64,000 nt of DNA from Epithemia pelagica. Its lineage: Eukaryota; Protista; Bacillariophyta. Of the stretch, positions 1 through 13,200 are shown piece after piece. The first letter of the stretch is position 1. Every line of letters starts with the position of its first letter. The position numbers were made by a program, and so were the translations under genes. A model generated the notes under the pieces. The model saw nothing but the letters and a program-made list of their open reading frames with translations. It was not told where the DNA came from and did no database searches. Location: positions 372,001 through 436,000 of the forward strand of contig OX337233.1 in NCBI GenBank assembly GCA_946965045.2, given 5' to 3'.

Positions 1-4
1 GGAG

Positions 5-216
5 TGTGAAGTTATGCACGATCTCCCCGGGATCTCACCCAGGACTTTATGCTGACGCAATCTACTCTTCAGGCACACCTCTTTCATACGAATACACAAG
101 ACTCATTTAGGAACGACCCATCCATCGAACTACCCAAGAATACTATTTCATACGATCAAATTAGGAATAACCAAATTCATTAGTAAGCTCACAATTTCGA
201 AAATATACACCTCACA
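5..216 (+). mobile_element. Probable 3' LTR of an LTR retrotransposon whose body lies left of the window
   Basis: 212-bp AT-rich block starting TGTGA and ending TCACA (5-bp inverted termini), directly preceded by purine GGAG (possible PPT tail). The partner LTR is not visible. Confidence 0.45.
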
Positions 217-236
217 TACTCGGCTCGATCCGATGT

Positions 237-1600
237 TTGGAGCTATGTGGGCCTTGTCGAGGATTTCATGTACAAGGGTCATTGGTGCAATCGTCATTTG
301 AATCGACACGGTTACGTCATGCACCCGACACGGGAGAATCAACAGGTGAAGAATCGATCATGGGAAAGGGTCCCATCGCCCTTACACATCGACCAGACGA
401 AGATTCGCACCACCAAGAACCAGAATCCAACGAAGAAGAACAAGAACAAGTTCTATTAGACGACAGCCAAGACATGATCGGCGCCATTCGTGGTCGTGGT
501 TTTGTTGTTGATACTGCTGAGTTCGGTACGAGGCTTAAATGCGGTAGTGATCGAAGTCCAACACTGCTGCTCGACAGTGTTATAATCGTGCAGCAAGGTT
601 TGGTGGAACTGTCATTGAGGGGCAAGACATCGCGATGGGGAGCAGCTTGTTTCCAGGCATTAGCATTCGAACGAGCAATAGTGCGACAGGGAATAGCGGT
701 GGTGGAGGTTTCCTGATTCGTTGTCGTTGTCGTCGCCGCCGTCAATGCTCCGACTTCCAAGATGGAATTGAACACAGTCGGTTCCACGGCAATGGCGCCG
801 TCAGCAGTTTCGTCCAATTGAGGTACTTCTTCATTTGTGGCTGCGTTCGTAGCTCGGAAGGTTGTGGTGTGGCAACGACGAGACTCGATTCCGTGTTGTC
901 GTTCTGGTCCATTGCGAGCAAATTACCGACCTCATGATATAGAATAATTGCTGTATTGGAGGAAATATCGAACACGTCGGTGCTAAATATTCCAAAGGAT
1001 TCGCAATTGTCCTGTCACCCAAAACCGCCACGAGCATCGAAATTGAGGGGCAAGACATTGCGATGGGGAGCAGCTTGTTTCCAGGCATTAGCATTCAAAC
1101 GAGCAATAGTGCGACAGGGAATAGCGGTGGTGGAGGTTTCCTGATTCGTTGTCGTTGTCGTCGCCGCCGTCAATGCTCCGACTTCCAAGATGGAATTGAA
1201 CACAGTCGGTTCCACGGCAATGGCGCCGTCAGCAGTTTCGTCCAATTGAGGTACTTCTTCATTTGTGGCTGCGTTCGTAGTTCGTAAGGTTATGGTGTGG
1301 CAACGACGAGACTCGATCCGTGTTGTCGTTCTGGTCCATTGTGAGCAAATTACCGACCTCATGATAAAGAATAGTTGCTGTATTGGAGGAAATATCGAAC
1401 ACGTCGGTGCTAAAAATTCCAAAGGATTCGCAATTGTCCTGTCACCCAAAACCGCCACGAGCATCGAAAGACGGGGTACTGTCCTCTTACGCAGGCATTA
1501 GCCATAGAAGGACCGGACCCCACACAATTAAACGCATGGTCGGAACGAAGATGACCGTCCAAATAAGTCGCTGCGCCATGTTGTTTCAGGCACGCAACCA
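237..1600 (+). pseudogene. Decayed LRR/RNI-like gene remnant 1, convergent with Kelch-1
   Basis: Frameshifted pieces LLLDSV..QQGLVELSLRG..GAACFQALA and NCPVTQN..GYCPLTQALAIEGPDPTIKRMVGTK. Homologous to 4840-5500. Family call is an inference from motif spacing. Confidence 0.35.
614..1468. repeat. 428-bp tandem duplication (2 copies)
   Basis: ATTGAGGGGCAAGACAT at 614 and 1042. The copies are near identical, with a 1-bp indel. Confidence 0.95.
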
Positions 1601-1863
1601 TAATCTTCCACAGCATGATAACTCGACCAATTCAACAGCAGAGAGGCATGGTACCATGGGCATCTTTACCCAAAGCCTGGCTCTACTGTTTGCGGTGTCA
1701 TGCCGGATAGTGTAACTTTCGTTTTCTACTAGTACAACGGTGTACATGATATCTCTATCGGTCGCAATATCATCAAGAAAACACTACATCTACTGTTTGA
1801 GAGTAATATGATAATGCTATAATTCCACTATTGTCACGACATACATGCAATACGTTGCAAATT

Positions 1864-3072
1864 TCAAGTTTCATCCTTCCCTTCATCACCACGGTGCGCA
1901 TTGGACCTTGCGCGTTTACGAACTGATGTCGAGGTGGAAAAGCGCGAAATGTCAGCATCTCGGATACCCATTCCTTCCCGGAACTGGTACCATTCGTTCT
2001 GAGGCTGCTCATAGAGTCGTCGAAAGCACCACGTATTCTTGTCCATTAATGGGAATGTCGCACAGGTACGATTGTCCAGTCCACCGATCACGGCAACTTG
2101 ATTGGCAACGGTCACCATACTGCAGCACCATCGTTGTTCTTGCAGTCGACGAAGATTCCACACGCGGTTGCGAAGCGTATCCAAGACTTCCACACTTAAA
2201 TTGCCTCGTCCTCCCGCCACCACCAGACAAGATCCCACGGCTACCATTGCACAAAAAACTCGAGGGTTGGAAAGCACCAAATCAGGATGAGTGATCCAGG
2301 TGGACGAGAAAGAAAGGAATGTCGAGCCAGTCTCCTTTTTTGTCGCATCATTGTCACAGGGTGTTGCATAGTCCGAATACTCCACCGAGTCAAGATGGCC
2401 ATGCTCATCGTTATGACCTCCAACGACAAAGATGCGGTGTCCAATGACCGCACTGGCACAACAAAATCGAGGAACATTCATGGATGGTCCCACAGAGACA
2501 GTGTGGTTCCTGGTATCTATAATATCCACCGACGACAAATAACGACCGTTGTAGCCACCCATTACAACGATGTATCGGTTGTGAACCGCAACAGCACAAC
2601 ATCCATGTCGTCCCTTTGATAATCGACAAGTTAATGTCACCCAACTGCTTTTACACGTGCTCCTGGTTGTTAAAGATGATTGTAGTAAATCGTTGCCATC
2701 GATGCGTTCGATACAATCCAGACTGTATCCTCCCATCACGTAGACACTTCTATTACATACCACAGCAGCATGTCCGTAACGTTTCTTGTTCATGGTCGGC
2801 CCTTCTCGCCACTGCTTGTTCTGGCCCTCCAAATTCATTACAAGAACGGAAGTGGTGGTACCTAGGCCTTGTTTATATCCTCCCAACACGACGACCATTT
2901 GTCTCCTGTTGGTGTTATTTTTGTCTTTGTCGGGATGATCAATTACGACCGAAGCATGATCCTCTCGCCATCCACCCGCAAGAGGAGGCCAGTCGTTTTC
3001 ATTCCATTCTGGTATCTCGTCGGAGAGAACAAGGTCCGACTGCCATGCTTGTTCTTTCAGTGTTGTGGTCAT
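1864..3072 (-). CDS. Kelch-repeat beta-propeller protein 1 (402 aa)
   Basis: Repeated VVVLGG/VYVMGG/IVVMGG/IFVVGG/LVVAGG/VAVIGG blades with W-GP-M-PR motifs. ATG (MTTTLKEQ) at 3072 matches the paralogues; the ORF-track start is a TTG. Confidence 0.92.
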   Translation of the reverse strand: MTTTLKEQAWQSDLVLSDEIPEWNENDWPPLAGGWREDHASVVIDHPDKDKNNTNRRQMVVVLGGYKQGLGTTTSVLVMNLEGQNKQWREGPTMNKKRYGHAAVVCNRSVYVMGGYSLDCIERIDGNDLLQSSLTTRSTCKSSWVTLTCRLSKGRHGCCAVAVHNRYIVVMGGYNGRYLSSVDIIDTRNHTVSVGPSMNVPRFCCASAVIGHRIFVVGGHNDEHGHLDSVEYSDYATPCDNDATKKETGSTFLSFSSTWITHPDLVLSNPRVFCAMVAVGSCLVVAGGRGNLSVEVLDTLRNRVWNLRRLQEQRWCCSMVTVANQVAVIGGLDNRTCATFPLMDKNTWCFRRLYEQPQNEWYQFREGMGIRDADISRFSTSTSVRKRARSNAHRGDEGKDET

Positions 3073-3243
3073 GGTTCCACACAATGACGGCAGCGAATTT
3101 TATGAGGAGGATCGAAAGGCATCAGTTTTGATGCTGATGGATGCGGACTGATGGAACATCAACTCAAAATTTTCTGAACTACGCGTGGAAGCATTTGAGC
3201 CAGAGTGTCTGTCGTAGGTACGCTATCTTTCTGGACAGAGGGG

Positions 3244-3265
3244 ATCGCACATATGATGCATGACA
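3244..3265. promoter_or_regulatory. Motif shared upstream of Kelch-1, -3 and -4
   Basis: ATCGCACATATGATGCATGACA here; ATCGCACATAGATTACATGACA at 10356-10377 and 13823-13844. Each lies 110-195 nt upstream of the ATG. Confidence 0.4.
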
Positions 3266-4839
3266 GATCAAAACAGCCAGTATCTTTGTGCCAAAAATAT
3301 TCGAATTCATAGATCCAACAACAAGAAAGATGGACAAGACGGCGCATGATCATCATATTTTCTTCGTTGACCAAGTGTACCGAATTCGAGCTATGGGAAC
3401 GGTGCTGTTCTCTTCGAAAGAGAGAACGAAGGACGATATCAGGAGCAACACTAGCAACACCACGTGGTCTCTGCAAGAGATTCGGATCAATTCCGTGTCA
3501 TGAAACGTTCGCATGGTTATCCTTCTCCGTTTGCTCATCTTGTTTACGGCCGTCAATCAGCAGCAAAAGGACCGAGATCCTGATTGACGCACGACAAGGG
3601 CAACCACCACTATTTGCCATTCGGCAACAACAAAAACATCCTCCTTATCACCAACTACTACACCACTCGTCCTCCTTTGGTAGTCGGCTTATCCAAACAA
3701 GCCATGAAAGCTTGGTGTCTCATGACACAGTGTCACGTGACGAGTATCTGTCATCCCTAATGGTGGAATCCATCATTACGCCTCCTCCCAAAATCATGGG
3801 ATCCTCCAATCCACACAATCAGGAATTGGAATTCGACAAACGGAGAGTGATACAATTCATGACTTCAACAAGACCATTTGGTATCATTTCTTGAAACAGG
3901 CTCCTCCTATACGTGCGGAAAGCTAATGTCTTTGGGATATTTGCGGTGCCCACGGATTTGTGATTGGTATGCGCCAACCACCACCCGAACGAGCTTGGTC
4001 TGTGAAACGAGCCTTGCGAGACTACTACTCTTATTGGTGGGACAAGAGTGTCGACGACTCTTGCGCACCGCATCCATCCCGATTGGCTGCTGCAACCGTG
4101 GGAGACTTCATCTCTGGGAGAACCAGAAACAAATGCGTCTTGAGAAGATTTTCAACCGTTGGTAGTGCGAGTGGGAGTTTCAACCGTTGGTAGTGCGAGT
4201 GGACGATCCACAGTGTCAAGGACATGGGTTCCTGGTGTGGTTGGGATGGGACGACGATGCTGGGGCTATTCTTGCGCCACATGTGGAGCGATTGTTGGTT
4301 TCAGGCTGTCCAGGGACAGCCACTAAAATACTAGAGGGATGCCACATCTTGCCCGTCGAATACTCCTCCTGCGCACAAAAAGTGTTGGTCCGGAACTCCA
4401 ACACACAAGCATACAATACACACGTTCGACAATGTACAGTGTCACAACAACTGCTTGAAACAGGTTGGGTGGCAATCAGTACCTTCTTGCTTGTCGCCCA
4501 CACTGCTGTCCATTCTGGCCCACAAGAACGCGACCGACACGTTCCTTCGTCTTGTGTGGTTCCAGCATATGCGCATCAGGACGAGTCGACCCGACCCTGT
4601 GGTGGGAGGTTGCCGGTTGTCTACATCCCTCTAGGCACTACTAGGAGTACAACCATGTATTCTCCTTTGGTCGGTACTTACGAGGATATGATGACAGCTA
4701 TGAATGGAAACATCATGTTTGCAACGAATGCTCAAAGTCGGACCAAGAGGGTAGTTGCGCCGGTGACGAGGAGTGCAGTACTACGGATTGAAGTATGGCA
4801 CGCTATTCAACTCCCTCCCGACGCGTCCGATTGGAGTAG

Positions 4840-5500
4840 AGAAGAATTGATTATGGGAAAGGGTCGCATCGCCCTTTCAAGTCTACATATGAATATTCAA
4901 GCCAACGCCAACCAGAATCCAACGAACAAGAAGAAGAAGAACAACAACAAGTTCTATTAGGCTACAGCCAAGACATGATCGGCGCCATTCGTGGTCGTGG
5001 TTTTGTTGTTGGTACTGCTGAGTTCGGTACGAGACGCAAATGTGGTAGTGATCGAGGTCAAACACTGCTGTAAGACGACAGCCAAGATATGATATGCGCG
5101 GGTCGTGGTTTTGTTGGTGCTAATCGTGCAACAACGTTTCGGCGGAACTGGCATTGAGGGGCAAGACATAACTTTGCACACTGCGATTGTTCTTGTTGAT
5201 CCCCATGGACCGATAACCATGGACTGTCAACGAGCCACTACGGAGAGACTGATTGCTGGATCGATGCAATCAAATTGCCGAATTGGAGAAAATATCGAAC
5301 ACACGACGGTGTCACAAATTCCAAAGGAATCGCAAATGTCCTGTCACCCGAAACCACAAGCACCGAGAGACGGGGTACTGTCCTCTCACGCAGGCGTTCG
5401 CCATAGAAGGACCGGACCCCACAATTGAACGCATGGTCGGAACGAAGACGACCGTCCAAAACGAGTCACTGCGCCCAAGTGTTTCAGGCACGCAACCATA
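4840..5500 (+). pseudogene. Decayed LRR/RNI-like gene remnant 2, convergent with Kelch-2
   Basis: Homologous to 350-1600. Pieces SNCRIGENIEH and KFQRNRKCPVT..GYCPLTQAFAIEGPDPTIERMVGTK lie in different frames. Confidence 0.35.
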
Positions 5501-5764
5501 ATCTTCCACAGCAAGATAACTCGACTCATTCACCAGCAGAGAGGCATGGTACCATGGGCATCTATATCCAAGGCCTGCCTCCACTCCTGTTTGCGGTGTA
5601 ATGCAGGATGGTGTAACTTGCGTTTTCTACTAGTACAACAGTGTACATTATATCTCTATAGGTCGCAATGTCATAAAGAAAACAATCCAACTACTGTTTG
5701 AGAGTAAAATGATAATGCTAAAGTTCCGCTATTGTTAGGACATACATGCAATACGTTGCAAATT

Positions 5765-6952
5765 TCAAGTTCCATCCTTCCCTTCATCACTACGGCGTGT
5801 ATTGGGCCTTGCGCGTTTATGAGCTGATGTCGAGGTGGAGAAGGGTGAAATATCAGCATGTTGGATATTCATTCCTTCCCCAAAAAGACACCATCTGTTG
5901 GGCTGCTGCTCACAGAGTCGTTGAAAACACCACGTATGCTTGTCAAGTAGTGGTAATGTCGCACAGGTAGGACTGCCAAAACCACTTATCACGGCAACTT
6001 GATTGGCAACAGTCGCCATACTGAAGTCATCGCGGCGATTTCCGAATGGTGGGAGATTCCAAACGCGGTTGCGGCGCGTATCCAAGACTTCCACGGTTGA
6101 ATGGCCTTGTCCACCCGCCACCACCAGACACGATCCCACAGCAACCATTGCACAGGAACCTCGAAGTTCGGAAAGCCTCAACTCCGAATGAGTGATCCAA
6201 CTAGACGAAAAGGGAATGACTGTAGACAAAGTGTCATCTTTTCTCTCCTCTGCAAAGTCCAAATACTCCACAGAGTCAAGATGGCCATCATCGTTTTGCC
6301 CCCCAACGACAAAAATGCGGTGGCCAATGACCGCACTGGCACAAAATTGTCGTGGAACAGTCATGGATGGTCCCGCAGTGACAGTGTGGTTGTTTGTATC
6401 TATAATATCCACCGACGACAAATAACCATCGTTGTTATGGCCACCCATTACAACGATGTATCGGTTGTGAACCTCAACAGCACAACATCCTGATCGTCTT
6501 GTTGATAAGCGACAAGTTAATGTTGTCCAATGACTATTCTGCGTCGTGGTGGTTGTTAAGGATGATCGAAGCAAATTATTGGCATCAATTCGTTCGATAC
6601 AATCCAAAGCTTCTCCATTGTATCCTCCCATCACGTAAACCCCTCTATTGCACGCAACAGCAGCATGTCCATAACGTGCCTTGTTCATCGGTGGCCCTTC
6701 TCGCCACTGCTTGTTGGACTCTGCCAAATTAAATACAAGAACGGAATCGAGCCCGCCTGGACCTCGTTGATATCCGCCCAACACGACGACGGTTTGCTCC
6801 TTGTTGTTATCGGTAGGATTCAGTACGACCGAAGCATGATAGTAACGCCATCCACCCTCAAGAGGAGGCCAGTCCTCGAAATTCCATTCAGGTGGCTCGT
6901 CCGATAAGACAACGCCCGACTGTCGTGCTTGTTCTTTCAGTGTCGTGGTCAT
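5765..6952 (-). CDS. Kelch-repeat protein 2 (395 aa)
   Basis: Six Kelch blades; ATG MTTTLKEQARQ at 6952; C-terminal HKRARP. Confidence 0.92.
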   Translation of the reverse strand: MTTTLKEQARQSGVVLSDEPPEWNFEDWPPLEGGWRYYHASVVLNPTDNNKEQTVVVLGGYQRGPGGLDSVLVFNLAESNKQWREGPPMNKARYGHAAVACNRGVYVMGGYNGEALDCIERIDANNLLRSSLTTTTTQNSHWTTLTCRLSTRRSGCCAVEVHNRYIVVMGGHNNDGYLSSVDIIDTNNHTVTAGPSMTVPRQFCASAVIGHRIFVVGGQNDDGHLDSVEYLDFAEERKDDTLSTVIPFSSSWITHSELRLSELRGSCAMVAVGSCLVVAGGQGHSTVEVLDTRRNRVWNLPPFGNRRDDFSMATVANQVAVISGFGSPTCATLPLLDKHTWCFQRLCEQQPNRWCLFGEGMNIQHADISPFSTSTSAHKRARPNTRRSDEGKDGT

Positions 6953-9033
6953 GGTTCTAAACAATGACTGCAGCGAATTTATGGGGATCGAGACACTGTC
7001 TTGACGCACGTAGGTTTGCTCTGCTCCTTTCGTTGTGATGTTGATGGGTGTGGACTGGAAGCACGACGACTTTCTTGACGAAATGGATGGGTTACGAGAC
7101 AAATCGTGACCGTAGCAACGCGATGAAGAAGACCACGCATCCTTCTTGGGAGTATCGTGGGCGTTTTTGGAACCTGTGATTGCTGATGGGTTCGGACTTA
7201 TCCCCAGCGGTGAAGATCCAGGGTGCACTCACTGTAATCCCCCCCCCCCCAAATTACTCGTTTCTCTTCTTCCGACGCACCTTTCCCAACCAGTCACGGA
7301 TATGGGATCGTGTGAAATCTCAGTCATCTTCCCCCACTCCCCACCAGTCATTGAAACAGGCAATTACAAGGGCAATAGCAAAAAATATTGTTGAGGATGT
7401 GACGCAGCGTGTCGTCTCGTTGGGCTAACCACGAACCAACAACCAGAAATCAAACAACACACTCTCTGGAATGAAATGGAGCGGCCAAACAGCACTGTCT
7501 GGTATCATCGTCATTATCTTCATCATTGTCTTGTTGCTGTTGTTTGCAATTGACTGTGGGGTTGTCGTGGTCTCGTTCGAATCAAGAAACAGGGAAAGGT
7601 GATGAAGCATTGTCCGATTTGTGGGTCGTTCTTGTTCTGGTTGCTCTTGGCCTCCACCTGTGTACTGGCCACCAACGACAATTCCCTTGCAGAACAATTC
7701 CACGCCTTTCGCATCCGTCATCCAGGCTTGCAGACCACGGCACCGATTCGTTCGAACGCTGATCAATTCAAGTGTTTTGATCTCGTGTGTCGCTCCACAC
7801 TGTCCACCTCGCACCAGTATTCGTCCGGGTGTCAGCATTCGATCTTTGTGGGACAACCATGAGGAAGAACAACCACGTAAGACGTTTTGTACAAGAGCGG
7901 ACAAAGGCATGAATTTTCTTTCAGTGGCTGAGGTCGGAGCGGTAATTCAATAGTGACATCTCAAGCTTCCCTTGCTCGTTGGACGGGCGTGACCTTGGTT
8001 CTTCTTTGTCGGTATCTCTTTCAATATCTTTCAACCAATGACCGTTTTCAAAGACGACGCTGCACGTTTGGATGCATATCGTGTTTGCCGGCTCCACACG
8101 CTCTTGTGCGAATATTGAAAGGATTCGATAAGTCCCATCTACAACTTGATGCCAGCAGCGACTTTCAAAGTCTATGCGGCACTCGGGAATTGGGATGCTA
8201 CGCCGCTCTCTTTACCCGCCCAGAAGCAAGATGGACAGTATCTCACATTGGGTACTAATCGAATTGGTCAAATTCCACCGCGCGTTTTTGGGTTCTAACA
8301 GACAATCATCACCGAACCTTTTGAGTTTGCCGTGTTCCAGGTAAAACGTCTCGCTGACCTGGCATCCGATTTGGCCATGGTGTACATGTCCGATTCTTGG
8401 TTGGTGTTGAATTCCACTCGCTCGGGGACATCCTGGTTGTTCAGGCAGTCCCACACAACATGATCTCCCAGACGTTTACTTACCCAAAACCCTTTTTGCC
8501 ATTGACGTCCGAACCATCGACCTCGGTTCCGGCCACCACTTTCTCAAGGCAAGAAAACAATCAACCGTAGCCACAGCAAACGCTTACCGTCATTGATGCT
8601 TGGTTAGATCAAGGTAGCTCCAATAGCGCGTCTCGGTCAGTCTCCACAGTCACGAGAGTGTCTCCCTGTTATGTGGACAAGGAGACTAGCCTATGCATTC
8701 CGAGGATGGAAACGGGTGGTGCGAGGGAGTATTAGTTGCCACGGAGAAATACTTCAGGGACTGCCAAAGTACTCAACAATACGACAGTAGCACTCAACAC
8801 AGAGCAAAACTCTGCAGAATCCATGACATTGTTTTGTCGTTTCGGAACAGTCTCGTTCTCCCGGACACGTCGTATGACATGATTGATGATTTCATTTGTA
8901 CAATAAGGATTCACATGAGAACTCCGCAGGCAGCGGACACTACGAAAACTGTTTGAGATCAACATGTTTGAGATCAAAATGAGTATTAGATAGCTTCACC
9001 ATTCTAGGACATTAAAGCAACGTGATGCCCACT

Positions 9034-10218
9034 TCAAGTTTCATCCGTCCCTTCATCACCACGGCGTGTATCATGCCTTGTTAGTGAAATATGAACATGT
9101 CGGATATCTATTCTTTCCCGGAACTGGTACCATCCGTTGGGCTGCTGTTCACAGAGTTGTCGAAAACACCACGAATTCTTGTCCATGAGTATCATTGTCG
9201 CACAGGTAGGATTGTCCCATCCACCAATCACGGCAACTTGATTGGCAACAGTCACCATACTACAGTCACTGCGGTCATTTCCGAATGGAGGGAGATTCCA
9301 CACGCGATTGCGGTGCGTGTCCAAGACATCTGCCGGTTCTGTTATTTGACTGCTTCCTCCGGCCAAAACCAGACAAGATCCCACGGCAACCACCGCACAA
9401 GAAGCTCGTCGGCGGGAAAGCACCAGATCGGAGTGATTGGTCCAAGCGGACGAGAAGGAAATGACTGTAGGTAAAGAGTCATCTTTTCCCTCCTCAGTGT
9501 CACGAGACTCTGCAAATTTCAAGTACTCCACCGAATCAAGTACATTGTCATCGTTTAGGCCTCCAACAACAAAGATGCGTTGGCCAACGACTGCACTGCC
9601 AAAATATGACCGTGGAACAGTCATAGATGGTCCGGAAATGAGAGTGTGATTACTGGTATCAATAATATCCACCGACGACCAATAACGATTGCTGTAGCCA
9701 CCCACTACAACAATGTATCGGTTGTGAACCGCAACAGCACAACATCCACATCGACCTGCTGATAAGCGACAATTCAATGTAGTCCAATGACTCTCATGCG
9801 TGGTGGTTGTTGTTAAGGATGATTGTAGCAAATCATTGGAATCGATTCTTTCGATACAATCCCAAATTGAATTTCGATGACGTCCTCCCATTACGTAGAC
9901 GCCGCCATTGCACACAACAGCGGCATGTCCACAACGTTTCTTGTTCATTGGCGGACCTTCTCGCCACTACTCGTGTGATTCTGCTAAATTTAATACAAGA
10001 ACGGAATCCGTGGTACCTTTGCCTTGTTGACGTCCTCCCAAGACGACAACGGTTTGTCTCTTGTGGTTGTCCGTATGGGGATGATCAATTACGACCGAAG
10101 CATGACCCTCTCGCCATCCTCCCTCGAGAGGAGGCCAATCGTTTTCATTCCATTCAGGTGTCTCGTCTAACAGGACAAGGCCCGACTGCCATGCTTGTTC
10201 TTTCAGTGGCGTTGTCAT
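9034..10218 (-). pseudogene. Kelch-repeat gene 3 with in-frame TAG at 9967-9969
   Basis: Reads NLAESHE*WREGPPMNK where paralogues read NLAESNKQWREGPPMNK. The two track ORFs are in the same frame. Confidence 0.88.
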
Positions 10219-10299
10219 GGTCACGGGGCGCTCTACAACGTCGAAGAGCAATGACAGCTTTTTGTGTAATAATTTTGAGCAACGCATGTGGGAGAGCGA

Positions 10300-13200
10300 G
10301 GCCTGGAGCGTCGTGGAGCTGTGCCTGTCATGCGTACGATGGCGAAGGGAATTCAATCGCACATAGATTACATGACAAGCCCCATGAAGTATCTTTTTGC
10401 TGTGTTTTAGGATTCGACGAGGGGGAGACGATGATGAAGAGCGAGGTCCACAGATGGCCAATCCAACATCCACTGGGTCGATATCCCTAGTTTCCAAGTC
10501 ATCTCTCGTCCAAAGCCTTTTATGGAGCGCCATTGTTCCCGTGGTCATGCGGACTGTTCACAATGACAACAACACCAACAACAGAGAGAGTGGTCTTCTT
10601 GACTTTTTGATCCAATGATTCGAATGGGCATCGCTTTGTGGCGGAACCAAGGCCACAAGCACAACTACGCCAAAACGAGAATCTGACGACAAGATGGACC
10701 AGAACAAGATGGCGACAAGAATCGCAAATTCTCAGGAATGAGCAAATTGGCGGTTCCCATTGCAGATCTCGAATGACGAACCAAAGATTTGAATCTACAT
10801 CAGACATCAGATCCCCCAAAACAAACGATGCAGTACCATCATACATGCTAGCCGGTCGGAACACGGCAAACAGGACGAAGAGAAGGACACTGACAAAAAT
10901 GAAGCTAGTAGCTCCGACGAACGGATGAGCAAGATTAACAGTCCAATTGCAAGAACATTTCTGGCGCTTCTTGCAGTGTTGCTTCCTGTTCCTCCAAAGG
11001 CGAGAATAGGGTACCGCGATGCATTTTTAAGAACCAACAACAGACGACAAGAGGCACCCACAGCAAGTTCCATTGAACAACTGTCGACCTGGTAGTGCCA
11101 GTCGAGAGACTGGTTGCTTCCCCTTGCTTCTCAACGACAGTTCCATTACGTCTTTGCTCGATCAACAATCATTCGTTCTTCACATGACGACGAGGAATGT
11201 AGAGAAGCAGCAACCAACCATGCTCGATTTCCAAAAAAGAACAATCAGAGAAGCGGACTACAGGGTCCGCAAGGCTTCGCCAGCCGTGCTGTTACTCCTC
11301 CTTTTCGTCCTTTTGTGGGATTCATCGACCACGACCATGAACCAAGCCAAAACTTGTAGCACGACCAGATGTGGTTCGTGGAGGAAAGGAGCAAAGAGAA
11401 TGCAGTCACTTGATTGTACGACGATATGTTGACGACAACATACAACAACAACAACCAATTACACCCAAACAACAACAGCAAGAACAACCATCCTGCTCTT
11501 TCATCAAGGAGCATGACAAGAAAAGAAAAATCATGATTCCCGATCCACCAACAGGACCGAAACAACAACAACAATCGTCGGATGCACAACAGGCATCCCG
11601 TTTTGTCCTCCTTCTCGCAATATCCAATAGTAGTGAATGATTGGTTTCGATCGATCATCGGCAATTGGTGTGGACCAAAGAACGACTACCACGACAAGTT
11701 GGTTATTTTGGAACACGGTCCACCAGCACCCCAGACTGAAACGACTGACACAGTAGCACCACCACAACCTTTACCGCGTCGAGTGATTTGTCGCTCCAAC
11801 AATGAGGAACCAACCACAAGAGGAACAAGCCGATGCGACAAGAACCGCCAGGACTACACATGCTTCTTTACTCAAACCAGACGAGAAGTCCACCAATATC
11901 ACAACCGATTACTGCGGAGACTCTCCCTCGGTGTTCTTCAAGTATTGTTTGGATGGTAACAAATGATTCACCAATGGTCGTGGTCCACAGCAAAATTGTG
12001 TCGTAGCTACAGCATCCCAAGCCAAGAAAGACAGGATGGAACACCCTTGACAGACACGGCAACCACAATGACAAAAATACATGCCTGAATTTGCCCGGTC
12101 ACGAGCACTAAAAGTACTCTTCACTGCTCAATCGTAGTGGAAACAAAATGGCGACAAACCGTATTGACCTTGGCTACGACATCGATGCGAAAGTCTCCCT
12201 TTCTGGAATTCACTACTGTCGGATTTCGGTGTCCCTGCCATATACCTACCGATCCATGGACGGTGACTCTGTGTCCTACAAAGTGCCATGATGCCACCAC
12301 AAAGCCCCAGATTCTAGTCTCACGACCGCACAAGCACGGTGGTGGCACTACCACACTTGTAGAGACAAAAAAATTGGTCGTTCTTTCCACATCTTTGACA
12401 TCAAGCAAGCACCTTCTATCTTGAAACATGTTCTTTCTACTTTTGAGTAACTACCTACTAGGCTCTAGTATTGCAATCGAATGTAGAAAACAAGTCAACC
12501 ACTCGAGAAATAAACGGCTAGGCTTCATCATTCCCTCTCTCATTTTGGCATGTATTGGGCCTTGCTCGTTTACGAGCTCATGCCGAGGTGAAGAAGGGTG
12601 AGATATCATCATCTCGGATACCCACACCTTCAAGAGAATGATGCCATCCGTTCGGTTGCTCCTCACAGAGTCGACGAAAACACCATGAATTTCTATCCAG
12701 AAGTGGTAATGTTGCACAGGAAGGATTGCGGAGTCCACCAATCACGGCAACTTGATTGGCAACAGTCACCATACTGCAACCCCTGCGGTAATTCGCGAAT
12801 GGTGGGAGATTCCAAACGCGATTGTGGTGCGTATCCAAAACTTCTACGGTTCGACTTCGTCCTCCCGCCGCCACCAGACAAGATCCCACGGCAACCATTG
12901 CACAAGAACCTTGTGCATTGGAAAGCACCAAATCAGGATGAGTGATCCAGGTGGACGAGGAAGAAATGAATGTCAAGCCTATCTCCTTTTTTATCACATC
13001 ACTGTCACAGGGTGTTGCATAGTCCAAATACTCCAACGAGTCAAGATAGCCCTTATCATTACAACCTCCAACGACAAAGATGCGGTGACCAATAACCGCG
13101 CTGCCAAAATATGACCGAGGAACAGTCATAGATGGTCCCTCAATGACTATGTGATTGTTGGTATCAATAATATCCACCGACGACAAATAACGATCGCTGT

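Noticed and set aside
4187-4960. 257-aa + strand ORF
   Set aside because: Starts at GTG inside a 28-bp local duplication (4151-4203), has no recognisable motif, and its end runs out of frame through the decayed remnant.
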